From Promethearchaeota archaeon (GTDB taxonomy: Archaea > Asgardarchaeota > Lokiarchaeia > Sigyniarchaeales > SOKP01): DNA of 40,280 nucleotides. The notes below the pieces were generated by a model. It was not told the DNA's origin, made no database searches, and saw only the letters and a program-made list of their open reading frames with translations. The position numbers were made by a program, and so were the translations under genes. Each line of letters starts with the position of its first letter. Position 1 is the stretch's first letter. The DNA lies in the NCBI GenBank assembly GCA_048941015.1, contig JBHLNZ010000027.1, forward strand, positions 3,334-43,613, read 5' to 3'. Of the stretch, positions 1 to 9,534 are shown one piece after another.

Positions 1-123
1 TGGGAAAAAATAAAATCCATGAAAATTCAATTAATGATTAAAAATTCAAAAGATAATAAAGAAACCGAAGAATTACGCTTAGAGGAATTGAAAAAAATTC
101 GGGAATTATTAGAGAAATTATAA
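1..123 (+). CDS. 3' end of a gene running in from the left edge (partial, hypothetical)
   Basis: Frame 1 is open from base 1 to TAA at 121-123 (WEKIKSMKIQLM...LEELKKIRELLEKL*). Confidence 0.55.
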   Translation, partial: WEKIKSMKIQLMIKNSKDNKETEELRLEELKKIRELLEKL

Positions 124-269
124 AATTCTGAAGTTTATATAATCTGAAACAACAATCTCCTAATTAATTAATTCTGTTAAGGGTATTAGTCATTTTTTTT
201 ATAAGATATAAAAAGAAGCTTTTTGATTATTATCGCTTTCTTTAGACTAAAAGGTTATAGTGAAATAAT

Positions 270-773
270 ATGACAACATTAACAGAAGAAGAAGTAAAAA
301 AATTACCAACTCAATATGAGACAGTCCCTTATAGTACTTTCTTCAAAGTATGGTACGCGTTACAGAAGGCTATTCCTCATGAGAAAAAGGGAGAGATATT
401 TACAAAAATCGGGAGAACAATTGGAAATGAATTTGATGAGGAAGGAATAGAAACTATTGATGAATTTCTTGATCACCTGCAGCAATTCTTAGAAAAAGAA
501 TGGGCTATAACTGACAACGCCAAAGTTGAATTTCAAAAGGATCAAAACGGTAATGTCATAAAATTACTTGCAAAACAAGATAGTTGTAAAATGTGTTATG
601 CTAATACCTATTATAAGTTTCATGATTCTGGAGCTCCATCTTGTATGTTCCCTCAAGTTATTATGGGTATCCTCAATAAAGTAAGAAGAAAATTCGGATT
701 CAAAAATTTACGATTCGAAGGGGTTCAAAAAGGGGGAGTAGGAGAATGTGCTATGACTTGGAATTTAAAGTAA
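270..773 (+). CDS. V4R/Bet3-like fold protein, probably metal-binding
   Basis: 'FTKIGRTIG' helix followed by C..CY, 'PSCMFPQVIMGIL' and terminal 'ECAMTW', matching the V4R cysteine pattern. Confidence 0.55.
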   Translation: MTTLTEEEVKKLPTQYETVPYSTFFKVWYALQKAIPHEKKGEIFTKIGRTIGNEFDEEGIETIDEFLDHLQQFLEKEWAITDNAKVEFQKDQNGNVIKLLAKQDSCKMCYANTYYKFHDSGAPSCMFPQVIMGILNKVRRKFGFKNLRFEGVQKGGVGECAMTWNLK

Positions 774-824
774 TTATGAATCTATCAGTATAATCTAAAT
801 TTTTGTTTTTCCTTTATAAAAAAA

Positions 825-865
825 TATTCGTGAAACAAGTCTTTCACGAATAATTTTCGTGAAAA
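825..865. repeat. Three alternating TTCGTGAAA boxes forming overlapping inverted repeats between convergent genes
   Basis: TATTCGTGAAA-caagtc-TTTCACGAATA (825-852) overlaps TTTCACGAA-taatt-TTCGTGAAA (842-864). Confidence 0.7.
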
Positions 866-883
866 CGGAAATTTTTCTATACT

Positions 884-1981
884 TTAAATTGCTACTTGTG
901 CTGCTATAATTGTAATTCTCTCGATAATCCAATTAATTGCTTTACGAATCTCATCATCGTCAGAGGCAGTGATAGTAATGTATTTGATAATTTTATTCTC
1001 GTCCTCATCAATCCTTAAATCTTTTATAAATTTATGAACTTTAGGGTGATCAGTGTTTGCTTTATCAACTAGAATTAGCGAGGGTATAAAAGCAAATTCT
1101 GGCAATTTGAAAATTAAATCCAGGGTGATTTCTGCCACTCTAAACAAAATATTATCACCTATATCAATCACAAATATCAAACCGTCTTGATTTTTTAATT
1201 GCAATATGAGAAATTTATTAATTTTCAATGGTTTCGATATAGATATAGAATACTCAGAGATTGAAATTTTATTATAAAGAAGACTGGATTCTTCAGATTG
1301 GTGCTTATAATACTGACCGGTAGAAATAAATTCTCCAAGAATTTTTGCGATTTGAGATTTATCACCTTTGCTAAAATCAAACATTGTTAGATTTATATCT
1401 CTTGGTTTCATAAAGACAGTTTCTTTTGGAAAAGAATCATATACTTTATATAATAAATCTTTAATTTCAGTATATATTTGATGACTTTCCTTGATTTCTT
1501 CTTCTATATAAAATCCCTTAAACGAGTCTTTTATTTCTTTTAAATCATAAACAAATTGTTCCAATAATCCTTGAAAAATTCTAGGATCCACATCTTCTTC
1601 ATCCTTTAAAACAATCGAAATCATAAGAGTTTCTATATCTCCCCTTGCCCCGGGACTTGGGATTGTGAATATTAAATTAGAACTCTTTAGTTCACCAAAC
1701 TCATGAATGAAGAAACCCTTTTCATAGAAATCCATTAAAAGAGGAATATGAGCTAATAAAATTTGAGGTTTTGATTCTGGTACATTTAAAAATAACTTAG
1801 GACCAACTTTAACATCAAAACGACTCAAAACCAAAACTTTAATTAAAATTACACCCTCTTTTAACAAAAATTTCTCTTCAGAAATTATATAATAATTTAT
1901 TTTATATCTTAATAAATACTTCTCCAGTCTATATTTCGCGAATTTTTTTGAAGCTATTTTAAGTACTGGTGAATCTAACAA
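884..1981 (-). CDS. Longin/uDENN-like N-domain fused to a degenerate Arf-like small GTPase domain; true start probably near 1843
   Basis: N-terminal 'LSRFDVKVGPKL'; C-terminal 'DGLIFVID' and 'PSLILVDKAN' resemble the Arf GIIFVVD and NKxD motifs; no intact P-loop; SD-like GAGGGTG lies just upstream of 1843. Confidence 0.6.
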   Translation of the reverse strand: MLDSPVLKIASKKFAKYRLEKYLLRYKINYYIISEEKFLLKEGVILIKVLVLSRFDVKVGPKLFLNVPESKPQILLAHIPLLMDFYEKGFFIHEFGELKSSNLIFTIPSPGARGDIETLMISIVLKDEEDVDPRIFQGLLEQFVYDLKEIKDSFKGFYIEEEIKESHQIYTEIKDLLYKVYDSFPKETVFMKPRDINLTMFDFSKGDKSQIAKILGEFISTGQYYKHQSEESSLLYNKISISEYSISISKPLKINKFLILQLKNQDGLIFVIDIGDNILFRVAEITLDLIFKLPEFAFIPSLILVDKANTDHPKVHKFIKDLRIDEDENKIIKYITITASDDDEIRKAINWIIERITIIAAQVAI

Positions 1982-2093
1982 AACGGATTTTTTAATTTAA
2001 TGATACAAAATCATTTGAAGTATTAAAGTAATAATTCTGCTAGAAAACTTAAACTATAATTCAAATATTATTGAATTTTAATAACATTAAAAA

Positions 2094-2125
2094 GATTTCA
2101 TGAAATCTCATTTATGAGCGATAAA
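2094..2125 (+). repeat. Intergenic repeat family R2, copy 1
   Basis: GATTTCATGAAATCTCATTTATGAGCGATAAA, near-identical to 3609-3642. Confidence 0.65.
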
Positions 2126-2251
2126 AGAATTACTGTGTTTATAACAAAATATTCCCACTTATATTTTTGACTAAAAAAATTTTTAAACTTAAGTTTGAAT
2201 ATTAGGTTTATAAGATCATTGTTTCCATAAAAAGTATAGAGGTGCTTAATA

Positions 2252-3115
2252 ATGAGTACTTTTTCACAAAAAGATTTTCCTTCGAATCCTTTGGAAAAAC
2301 AAGGATATATTCTTGAATTTCATGATGAATTTAATAATTATTCTCTCAATATGGATAAATGGGTTCCCTATTATCTACCTCATTGGAGTTCAAGAGTTCA
2401 ATCAGCACCAAATTATCATCTTGATGGTAATAATTTAATTCTACAAATTAAGAAAGAACAACAGCCTTGGTGTCCTGAATTTGATGGTGAAGTAAGGTGT
2501 TCCTCTATTCAAACGGGAGAGTTTGCAGGTCCAATTGGAAGTAAGATAGGACAACATCGTTTCAGTGATGTTTTAATGGTTCGAGAAGCGCAAGAGAATG
2601 TTCGAAAATATACTCCTCAATATGGCTATTTTGAAGTCAGGGCAAAAGGGCTCAAAAGTAGTGCGAATCACGTTTCTTTATGGATGATAGGCTATGAAGA
2701 TACTCCAGAAAAGTCTTCTGAAATTGCGATATTTGAACAAGTGGGTTCACACTCTAGTTCTTCTTCTACTGGAATTCGATATGGAGTTCATCCTTGGGGA
2801 GACCCTAATATAGTTGATGAATTTTACGAGGATTTTATGAATATCAATCCTTTGCAATATCACCTCTACGCAGTAGAATGGACACCTACGTATCTCGATT
2901 TTTTTTTCGATAATGAACTAATTCGTACGATCAAACAATCACCAAATTATCCCATGCAATTCATGCTCAGCATTTACGAGCTTAGATTTGAGGGTGCGTG
3001 GACAGGTCCATATGATCCAAAAAGACCTTATCCTATATCGTTTACAATTGATTATTTTCGAGCTTATCGTCCCAAAGACAATTATGGGATAAAACATAAA
3101 GAAAATGAAAAATGA
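2252..3115 (+). CDS. Glycoside hydrolase family 16 protein
   Basis: 'FHDEFN...KW', 'YGYFEVRAK', 'SLWMIG', E-I-A-I-F-E catalytic segment, 'YHLYAVEWTP', 'IDYFRAY'; SD GAGGTG upstream. Confidence 0.85.
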   Translation: MSTFSQKDFPSNPLEKQGYILEFHDEFNNYSLNMDKWVPYYLPHWSSRVQSAPNYHLDGNNLILQIKKEQQPWCPEFDGEVRCSSIQTGEFAGPIGSKIGQHRFSDVLMVREAQENVRKYTPQYGYFEVRAKGLKSSANHVSLWMIGYEDTPEKSSEIAIFEQVGSHSSSSSTGIRYGVHPWGDPNIVDEFYEDFMNINPLQYHLYAVEWTPTYLDFFFDNELIRTIKQSPNYPMQFMLSIYELRFEGAWTGPYDPKRPYPISFTIDYFRAYRPKDNYGIKHKENEK

Positions 3116-3347
3116 ATAATTTTAATCCCAACTCATTATTATAACCGATAAAATAAAAAAGAAGGACTTTTTGCATAATATAGTCCAAATTATTTAAAGC
3201 GATAGGATTTTATAATATTGAATTCATACTTTTTTTATAAAAAGCATTTTTTCATTTTTGATTCCGTTTTAAGGGCAATGATTAGTTGTTCTAAGACGAA
3301 AATTCTAATATATTGTTGTTATATAGATATTTATTTACAGTTTCAAT

Positions 3348-3575
3348 ATGAGGTTGTTTTATACGATTAAATGTGAGATATGCGGAGAAGAGTATAAAAA
3401 ACGCTATTTTAGATCATTTATATTGGAAATCCGTGAATTATGGGGATTACCACAAAAATTAATTGATCCAATAAAAATAAAAATATGTTATAAATGTTAT
3501 AAAGAAGGTCAGAAAATACTAGATCGATTTAAAACATTATTGAATAATGTGAATGAAACTAGAGATTTAGTTTAA
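3348..3575 (+). CDS. Small Zn-binding protein (two CxxC)
   Basis: CEIC ... CYKC in 75 aa. Confidence 0.55.
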   Translation: MRLFYTIKCEICGEEYKKRYFRSFILEIRELWGLPQKLIDPIKIKICYKCYKEGQKILDRFKTLLNNVNETRDLV

Positions 3576-3608
3576 ATTCTCCCTTTTAAGCTAACATTTT
3601 TTAAAGAG

Positions 3609-3642
3609 GATTTGATGAAATCTCATTTATATAAGCGATAAA
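3609..3642 (+). repeat. Intergenic repeat family R2, copy 2 (weaker third copy at ~3131-3152)
   Basis: GATTTGATGAAATCTCATTTATATAAGCGATAAA. Confidence 0.65.
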
Positions 3643-3701
3643 GTAAAAAAGGAGTATTTTCTACCTTAATAAACAAGGAAATAATTTATAAAACACTTTT
3701 C

Positions 3702-4646
3702 ATGGATTTTTTCACTCATTTGATATTTGGAGCACTAATGTACATGCTTTTCCTAAAGGAGATTACATTAGACTATTTACCAATTGCAATTTTTTTTGCA
3801 GTTTTACCAGATTTGGACATATTCATTGCTCCATTAAAACGAATTTTCAAATCGAATTATCTCACACATCGTTCTGGTTCCCATTCATATGTAATTGGAA
3901 TAATATTGTCAGGGATTATAGGGATTATATATTCAATCCTAACACAAAGATCATTTATCATCGTTTGGATAATTGGGATAATCTTTTATGGAATTCACGT
4001 ATCCCTTGACTTACTCACTACCACTAAAATACCATGTTTTTATCCTTTGTCTAAAAGGGAGTATTGTTTCTATGTTGAAAAGGCAGGTAGCTCGTTTACA
4101 TTAGTTACTTCTTGGATTTTCATTACAATCTTTTTAATAGTCTTTATGTATTTTCCTGCAATCTTCTTTCTTTTATTAGTAATCAATATTTATACTTATT
4201 TTACTATATTTTATTATTTATATCGAATTTTCGCGAAAATCTGGATTACCGTTCATCTTCAAGATAATCAAAAATATTTTCCTGGAGTTTTACCCTTTTA
4301 TTTTTACACTTTTAAAAAAGAAATTACTCAGAATACTTTCTCCTTTCTTATAGAAAAAAAGGCTCATTTTTCGAGATCTAAGGTTATCTATAAGAATAAT
4401 GCAATGCTAAACTCAGCAGAAATGGAACTTTTCGAGAAAGGAATGAAACTGGTCACATCAGATTATTATTATGCAAAGTGGACAGTTCTACCAATTTTTC
4501 TTAGAAATGAGGGCGTGTTTTCAATAAGATTCTTCTTTATGGAGCCTATGGTAAGAGCACGGGCAATGTATATTCAATATGATTTTAGTATGACTTCTAA
4601 ACAAGAAATAGGATATCATCAGAGCTTTGGTCGCATCCAATCCTGA
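3702..4646 (+). CDS. Membrane-bound metal-dependent hydrolase (YdjM-like)
   Basis: 'MDFFTH', 'LPDLD', 'HRSGSHS', 'HVSLDLLT' motifs plus TM helices. Confidence 0.85.
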   Translation: MDFFTHLIFGALMYMLFLKEITLDYLPIAIFFAVLPDLDIFIAPLKRIFKSNYLTHRSGSHSYVIGIILSGIIGIIYSILTQRSFIIVWIIGIIFYGIHVSLDLLTTTKIPCFYPLSKREYCFYVEKAGSSFTLVTSWIFITIFLIVFMYFPAIFFLLLVINIYTYFTIFYYLYRIFAKIWITVHLQDNQKYFPGVLPFYFYTFKKEITQNTFSFLIEKKAHFSRSKVIYKNNAMLNSAEMELFEKGMKLVTSDYYYAKWTVLPIFLRNEGVFSIRFFFMEPMVRARAMYIQYDFSMTSKQEIGYHQSFGRIQS

Positions 4647-4661
4647 AAATATTTTTCAGGA
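4641..4661. terminator. Perfect inverted repeat over the stop codon, between convergent genes (possible terminator)
   Basis: TCCTGAAAA-TAT-TTTTCAGGA. Confidence 0.35.
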
Positions 4662-4693
4662 AGCTTTAGATAAACTTTTAATTAGGTGAACTA

Positions 4694-4768
4694 TCATACA
4701 CCTTTCGGAGCATCGTCATCTACATCTTCAAACTCATCTAATTCCTTTTGATCATGAAAATAACAACA
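4694..4768 (-). pseudogene. Start-less 3' remnant paralogous to the microprotein at 6840-7001
   Basis: Translates as CCYFHDQKELDEFEDVDDDAPKGV*, versus CCYFHDQKELNEFDDIDDDNPKDL* at 6840-7001. Confidence 0.65.
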
Positions 4769-4781
4769 CTCAACAACAGAT

Positions 4782-6719
4782 TCAGTTTAACCATACTCCG
4801 AAAATCTTGCTAACTACTTCTGCAATTATAGGAGAATTATTTACAGTTAATTCCTGAGAAGTTTTAGCTGCCTTATTTATAATATCCCAGATCTCTTTTT
4901 TATTTTTAATAGAATCTGAAAATTTATTCAGTTTCTTTATAGCAGGATATGACTGCCCTTTACTAACGTAGCAAGCTATAAAGGGTTCAACTGGTTTTAC
5001 AAAGATTATATTATCCCCAATTTTAATACGATCAATAGTTTTTGCAAAGATCTCAGAACTAAATGTGTTGAAAGCTGAGATAAAAGAGCTAAAAAGGTCG
5101 CTGTGATCCCAATCTTTTATGAATGTATGATTGAAATAAGGTTTTCCAGCTTTGCTCATTATTATAAGTAATATAGGATCTTCATCAACCAAATCTGGTG
5201 GCTCTATCATCTTTTTACCCTTTATATGATCTATAGTTTTGTCTATTTCAACGAATTTTAATCGTTCTGATATAGGTGATTTAGCTTTTCGCAAATTTTC
5301 CCATTTTTCTAGCTGTTCTAAAAGTTTATCATGTTCAGTTGAGATTGTTCTTGCTAATAAGTGAAGTCCATGTTCATCGGCTATATGCTCAGCTTTTGTG
5401 AATAACTGTCTTGCATCTCCTATATTCACTTGAATTAAAGCCAGCTTGCCTTGCAAGAGATAGATTTCTGCAAGCAAACGAAAAGATCGTTGATTTTTAG
5501 CAAAGTCAGATAAACGATTAATAAGAAGATAAATCTTATGCAAAACTTCTTGCTTATTGAATGTTTGCCATTCAACCAAGTAAAGATCGCATAAATGAAG
5601 GAGTGCACGCTCGGTGAATTCCCAATAAACAATTTCTTCTTCAACGAGCTGTTGAAGTATCTCCTTAGCTTCTTTTTGATCGTATGAATTTGAACTTATT
5701 TTTAGTAATAAAGCTTTATTTACACGGCACGCTACATCTGAAACTTTATCTTTTAATTCTTTATTGATATGTAGCATTTGCAGTAAATATTGCTCTGCTT
5801 GTTTAAGAGAATTAGCATCTAACGAAACAATAAATAAAGAATCTAGACCACCTATTAAATTCATTTTATCATCGAGTTCTTCCCAAATCTTAAGATTTCG
5901 CTCAAGAGCGTCCATAGCAAGATCTAAATTCCCTTTCTGTCGGTATACTAATGAAGAATTGTTAAGACATTGTGCGATATAACGCTTATTGCCTATTTCT
6001 TCGGCAAGTGCTAAGCCTTGCTTAGTATATTCTAAAGCAAGGTCTAATTTACCTATTATTCCATTCAATACTCCGAGATCTTTACATACTTTCCAATCAT
6101 CTTTTTTACGGTAAGTCCTTTGGACTTTCAAACACCTTTCCATATAAGTTATAGCTCGATCTAAATCTCCAATGGCAAAATAAACCCAACTGTTAATTTG
6201 TAACGCTAGCGTGATTTCCTTATAGTTGCCGTATTTCTCAGATACTTTTAGAGCTTCTTCCCCATATTTCAAGGTTTTATCTAAATCATGGCTCTTTTTA
6301 AGAAAAAATTCACTTTTGATTAATTTAAGGAGAGAATCTCTTTTTGCATGTTCTGAACGCGGTACTATAGCAAGTTGTTTAAGTAAATCCACTCCTTTTG
6401 ATACTAAATCTAAAATTGCATCAAAATCTCCTAAATCCAATAAAGCCCAAGCTTTAGAAATATAGCAATCAATTAGTAGTATTTTTTTCCCGTGTTCTCG
6501 GCTTACATTACACGCCTGTTCAGCGAAATCGAGAGCCTTACTAGAATTCCCAAGCTCATAAAAAATATTACTCTTTAATAAATGAGAAAGGATTTGATCT
6601 TGGGGAGCGAGATCTATTTTTTGTTCGAAATCATTTAAAGCATCAAGAGCTTTAAAATACAAACCTTCATTAAAAAGTTGTTCTATAGCCTGAAATTTTT
6701 TACCAATTAAATCTGGCAT
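4782..6719 (-). CDS. TPR-repeat protein with C-terminal longin-like domain
   Basis: Multiple TPR helix pairs (e.g. 'GDLDRAITYMERCL', 'GKLDLALEYTKQGL'); C-terminal 'PILLIIMSKAGKPYF...FSSFISAFNTFSSEIF' is longin-like. Confidence 0.8.
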   Translation of the reverse strand: MPDLIGKKFQAIEQLFNEGLYFKALDALNDFEQKIDLAPQDQILSHLLKSNIFYELGNSSKALDFAEQACNVSREHGKKILLIDCYISKAWALLDLGDFDAILDLVSKGVDLLKQLAIVPRSEHAKRDSLLKLIKSEFFLKKSHDLDKTLKYGEEALKVSEKYGNYKEITLALQINSWVYFAIGDLDRAITYMERCLKVQRTYRKKDDWKVCKDLGVLNGIIGKLDLALEYTKQGLALAEEIGNKRYIAQCLNNSSLVYRQKGNLDLAMDALERNLKIWEELDDKMNLIGGLDSLFIVSLDANSLKQAEQYLLQMLHINKELKDKVSDVACRVNKALLLKISSNSYDQKEAKEILQQLVEEEIVYWEFTERALLHLCDLYLVEWQTFNKQEVLHKIYLLINRLSDFAKNQRSFRLLAEIYLLQGKLALIQVNIGDARQLFTKAEHIADEHGLHLLARTISTEHDKLLEQLEKWENLRKAKSPISERLKFVEIDKTIDHIKGKKMIEPPDLVDEDPILLIIMSKAGKPYFNHTFIKDWDHSDLFSSFISAFNTFSSEIFAKTIDRIKIGDNIIFVKPVEPFIACYVSKGQSYPAIKKLNKFSDSIKNKKEIWDIINKAAKTSQELTVNNSPIIAEVVSKIFGVWLN

Positions 6720-6839
6720 TGGATTTAATTTCTAACTTATTTAAAGTTAAATAAAAAGAAGGAAAATTTCTTTAAATAAATTTTTAAGAAATATACATTC
6801 TTGCCTTTAAAATCTTAATTTTGATTTCAAATTTAATTA

Positions 6840-7001
6840 CTATAAGTCTTTTGGGTTATCATCATCTATGTCATCAAATTCATTTAATTCTTTTTGATCA
6901 TGAAAATAACAACACCCGTTTGAAATGTGGTAGTCATCTTCCTCAGCAATTTCCTGAGGATCATCCCCATTTTCAATTAAAATTTTTTTCCATCGTTTCA
7001 T
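6840..7001 (-). CDS. 53-aa acidic microprotein or truncated gene (below ORF-track cutoff)
   Basis: MKRWKKILIENGDDPQEIAEEDDYHISNGCCYFHDQKELNEFDDIDDDNPKDL*; C-terminus conserved at protein level in the copy at 4694-4768. Confidence 0.5.
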   Translation of the reverse strand: MKRWKKILIENGDDPQEIAEEDDYHISNGCCYFHDQKELNEFDDIDDDNPKDL

Positions 7002-7271
7002 TGTTCATCAATCAAAGTTGTAGAATTACCTTTTTAAAGGTCATCTTTTATAATTATTAATTATTGGTATGATTCATTGTATTTTGATAATTATAAATCT
7101 AAATTTCTTAATTTAGTTTAATTTTAACTTTATATAGCTATGATATGAAGAAAAATAAATAAGTGTATTATAGACTAAAGCCATAAAATCTAATAAGTTA
7201 TTAAGCTAATATTTACATTATTGGTAATAGATCTAAGTTATAACATTAAATTCTAACTAAATAAAGAAACT

Positions 7272-8066
7272 ATGTCAATGATATATTTTACCAAAAATCA
7301 GGATAGAAAAAAGTTTGTAGCATCATTAATACCAAGATTTAGGGATGACATTAAAGGAAAGGTTCTTATAAAAGTTAATCTTGTGTCATATAATCCATAC
7401 CCTACAACAACTCATCCTGAAATGATTGAAGCTGTATATGAACAAATTAAATCAATCGCGTCAGAAATAATTTGTGGAGATGGTCAGAGTTTGGATTTAT
7501 CAGCTAAAAAGTTAGAAAATCATCCAATTATAAACAAATGTGAAGAATTAGGGATTCCTTTTGTTAACTTTTATGACCATTCTTTTAAAAAGATTAAGAC
7601 TATCCGAGGATTTAACTTAAAAGTATCAGAAATTCCATTTCAACAAGATTTTATAATCTCACTTCCAATTTTAAAGGATCACTCCACTGTAAAACTAACT
7701 AATGCGCTGAAAGATAAGTTTGGATATTTAGCAAAGACCGAAAGATTAAAGATGCACACAAAAATCAAAGATATTAATAAAGGAATTGCTGAATTAAACT
7801 CAATATTTAAATCTAATTTGATTATTTGTGATGCACTGAAAGTTATGGTTCAAGCTCAAGAATTTAGGCATGGAGGAAAAGAAAAAAATTTGGGTTATCT
7901 ATTTGCAGGAACAGATCCTATTGCTTTAGATTATTATGGTTATAATTTACTGAAACCAATTTCAATAAAATTAAAAGAGATAGATGATCCATTACAAATA
8001 AAATATATTAACTATGCTTTGGATTATGGAGTAGGGTTTAAGGATAACAATATTGAAGAAATTTAG
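7272..8066 (+). CDS. DUF362 family protein
   Basis: 'VLIKVNLV', 'TTHPE', 'IISLPILKDH', 'LTNALKDKFG', 'GTDPIALD'. Confidence 0.85.
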   Translation: MSMIYFTKNQDRKKFVASLIPRFRDDIKGKVLIKVNLVSYNPYPTTTHPEMIEAVYEQIKSIASEIICGDGQSLDLSAKKLENHPIINKCEELGIPFVNFYDHSFKKIKTIRGFNLKVSEIPFQQDFIISLPILKDHSTVKLTNALKDKFGYLAKTERLKMHTKIKDINKGIAELNSIFKSNLIICDALKVMVQAQEFRHGGKEKNLGYLFAGTDPIALDYYGYNLLKPISIKLKEIDDPLQIKYINYALDYGVGFKDNNIEEI

Positions 8067-8199
8067 TGTTAAAACCATTAAAGCAATTTCATGAATTTTG
8101 TTAAGCCATTTTCTAATTGTTATCATGCTTAATTGATCTCCCCTAATCGTAGTTCTGATGTCTCAACCATTTTATATATAAAAAATGGGAAGATTTTAT

Positions 8200-9186
8200 T
8201 TACCAAATATGATGAACTGTCTTTTTAAAATATTTTTCATAAATTTCTTGGATTTGAACCATTTGATCATTTGATAAAGGCTCTAAATTTGAAGCTTGAA
8301 CGTTTGATTCGACATGAGATACCCGACTTGCACCAGGAATGATGCAAGACACAGCATCAAACATCAAGATCCATCGTAATGCATAAGGAGCAAGATTTTC
8401 AGGATTTCCAAAGATTTGTTTTATTTCTTGAACAGCTTTTAATCCTAATTCATAATCTACTCCTGAAAACGTTTCACCTTTATCAAATGCTTGTCCATTT
8501 CTGTTAAAATTTCTATGATCTCCTTCTTTAAATACAGTATCTTTGGTGAATTTTCCCGTAAGTAATCCACTTGCTAACGGAACTCGAACGATAACACCGA
8601 TATTTTTCTTTTTAGCTTGTTCAAAAAACAATTCGCTTGGTCTTTGACGAAACATATTAAAAATAATTTGTACAGTTGATAGATTTGGAAATTCTATAGC
8701 CTTTAATGCCTCCTCAACTTTTTCCACACTTACTCCATAATTTTGAATTTTTCCTTCATCTTTCAAGGAATCTAAAATATCAAAAACCATTGGTTTATAA
8801 TATACTGCCGTTGGAGGACAGTGAAGTTGAAGTAAATCAATTGTTTCAATTTCCATATTCTTTAAACTATCATCAACAAATTTTCTAATATTTTTATCGT
8901 TATATCCTTCAGTATTATGAGGATTTAATCGTCTTCCACATTTGGTAGCAACATAAACTTTTTCAATAGCAGATTTTGAAAAAATACCACAAAATTGTTC
9001 ACTTAAACCCTCTTTATAGACATCAGCAGTGTCAAAGAAGTTAACCCCATTTGAAAATGCTGCAGCTAGTGTATTTTGAGCTATATTTTTATCGAATGGT
9101 TCTCCCCATTTACCTCCTAATTGCCATGTTCCAATTGATATCTCTGAAACTGAATATCCCGTTTTTCCTAAAATTCTATATTTCAT
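8200..9186 (-). CDS. Aldo/keto reductase
   Basis: MKYRILGKTG start (ATG 9186, SD GAGGT), 'FFDTADVY', 'IDLLQLH', 'PLASGLLTGK', 'IIPGAS'. Confidence 0.93.
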   Translation of the reverse strand: MKYRILGKTGYSVSEISIGTWQLGGKWGEPFDKNIAQNTLAAAFSNGVNFFDTADVYKEGLSEQFCGIFSKSAIEKVYVATKCGRRLNPHNTEGYNDKNIRKFVDDSLKNMEIETIDLLQLHCPPTAVYYKPMVFDILDSLKDEGKIQNYGVSVEKVEEALKAIEFPNLSTVQIIFNMFRQRPSELFFEQAKKKNIGVIVRVPLASGLLTGKFTKDTVFKEGDHRNFNRNGQAFDKGETFSGVDYELGLKAVQEIKQIFGNPENLAPYALRWILMFDAVSCIIPGASRVSHVESNVQASNLEPLSNDQMVQIQEIYEKYFKKTVHHIW

Positions 9187-9534
9187 AATAATAACCTCAA
9201 GACATTTAAGCATTGAATAAAATGAATTTCGAATATTAAAAGTTTATGTAAGGAAGTTTTTTTAACATACTAAAAAGAAAAAAACGGCTCTAACCTTGTG
9301 TCTTTTAAAACGGAGGAAAATACTTAATCTAATTTTGAATTCTTTATCAACAATTTTCTAATTTAATTCAAATTAGCAGATTTAAACTAATTACTGATAT
9401 ATTGTTGCAAATTGAAATATTACTCAATAATGCTGTTTAAATTAACTATAAAGCATTATATTTATATAAAATCACTCCAAATTTATATATATTTGAATAA
9501 ACGATATTATTTAAAATAAAAATAAAAATTTACC

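Noticed and set aside
6821-7060. 79-aa plus-strand ORF
   Set aside because: Antisense to the 6840-7001 frame, which is the one conserved in the duplicate copy.
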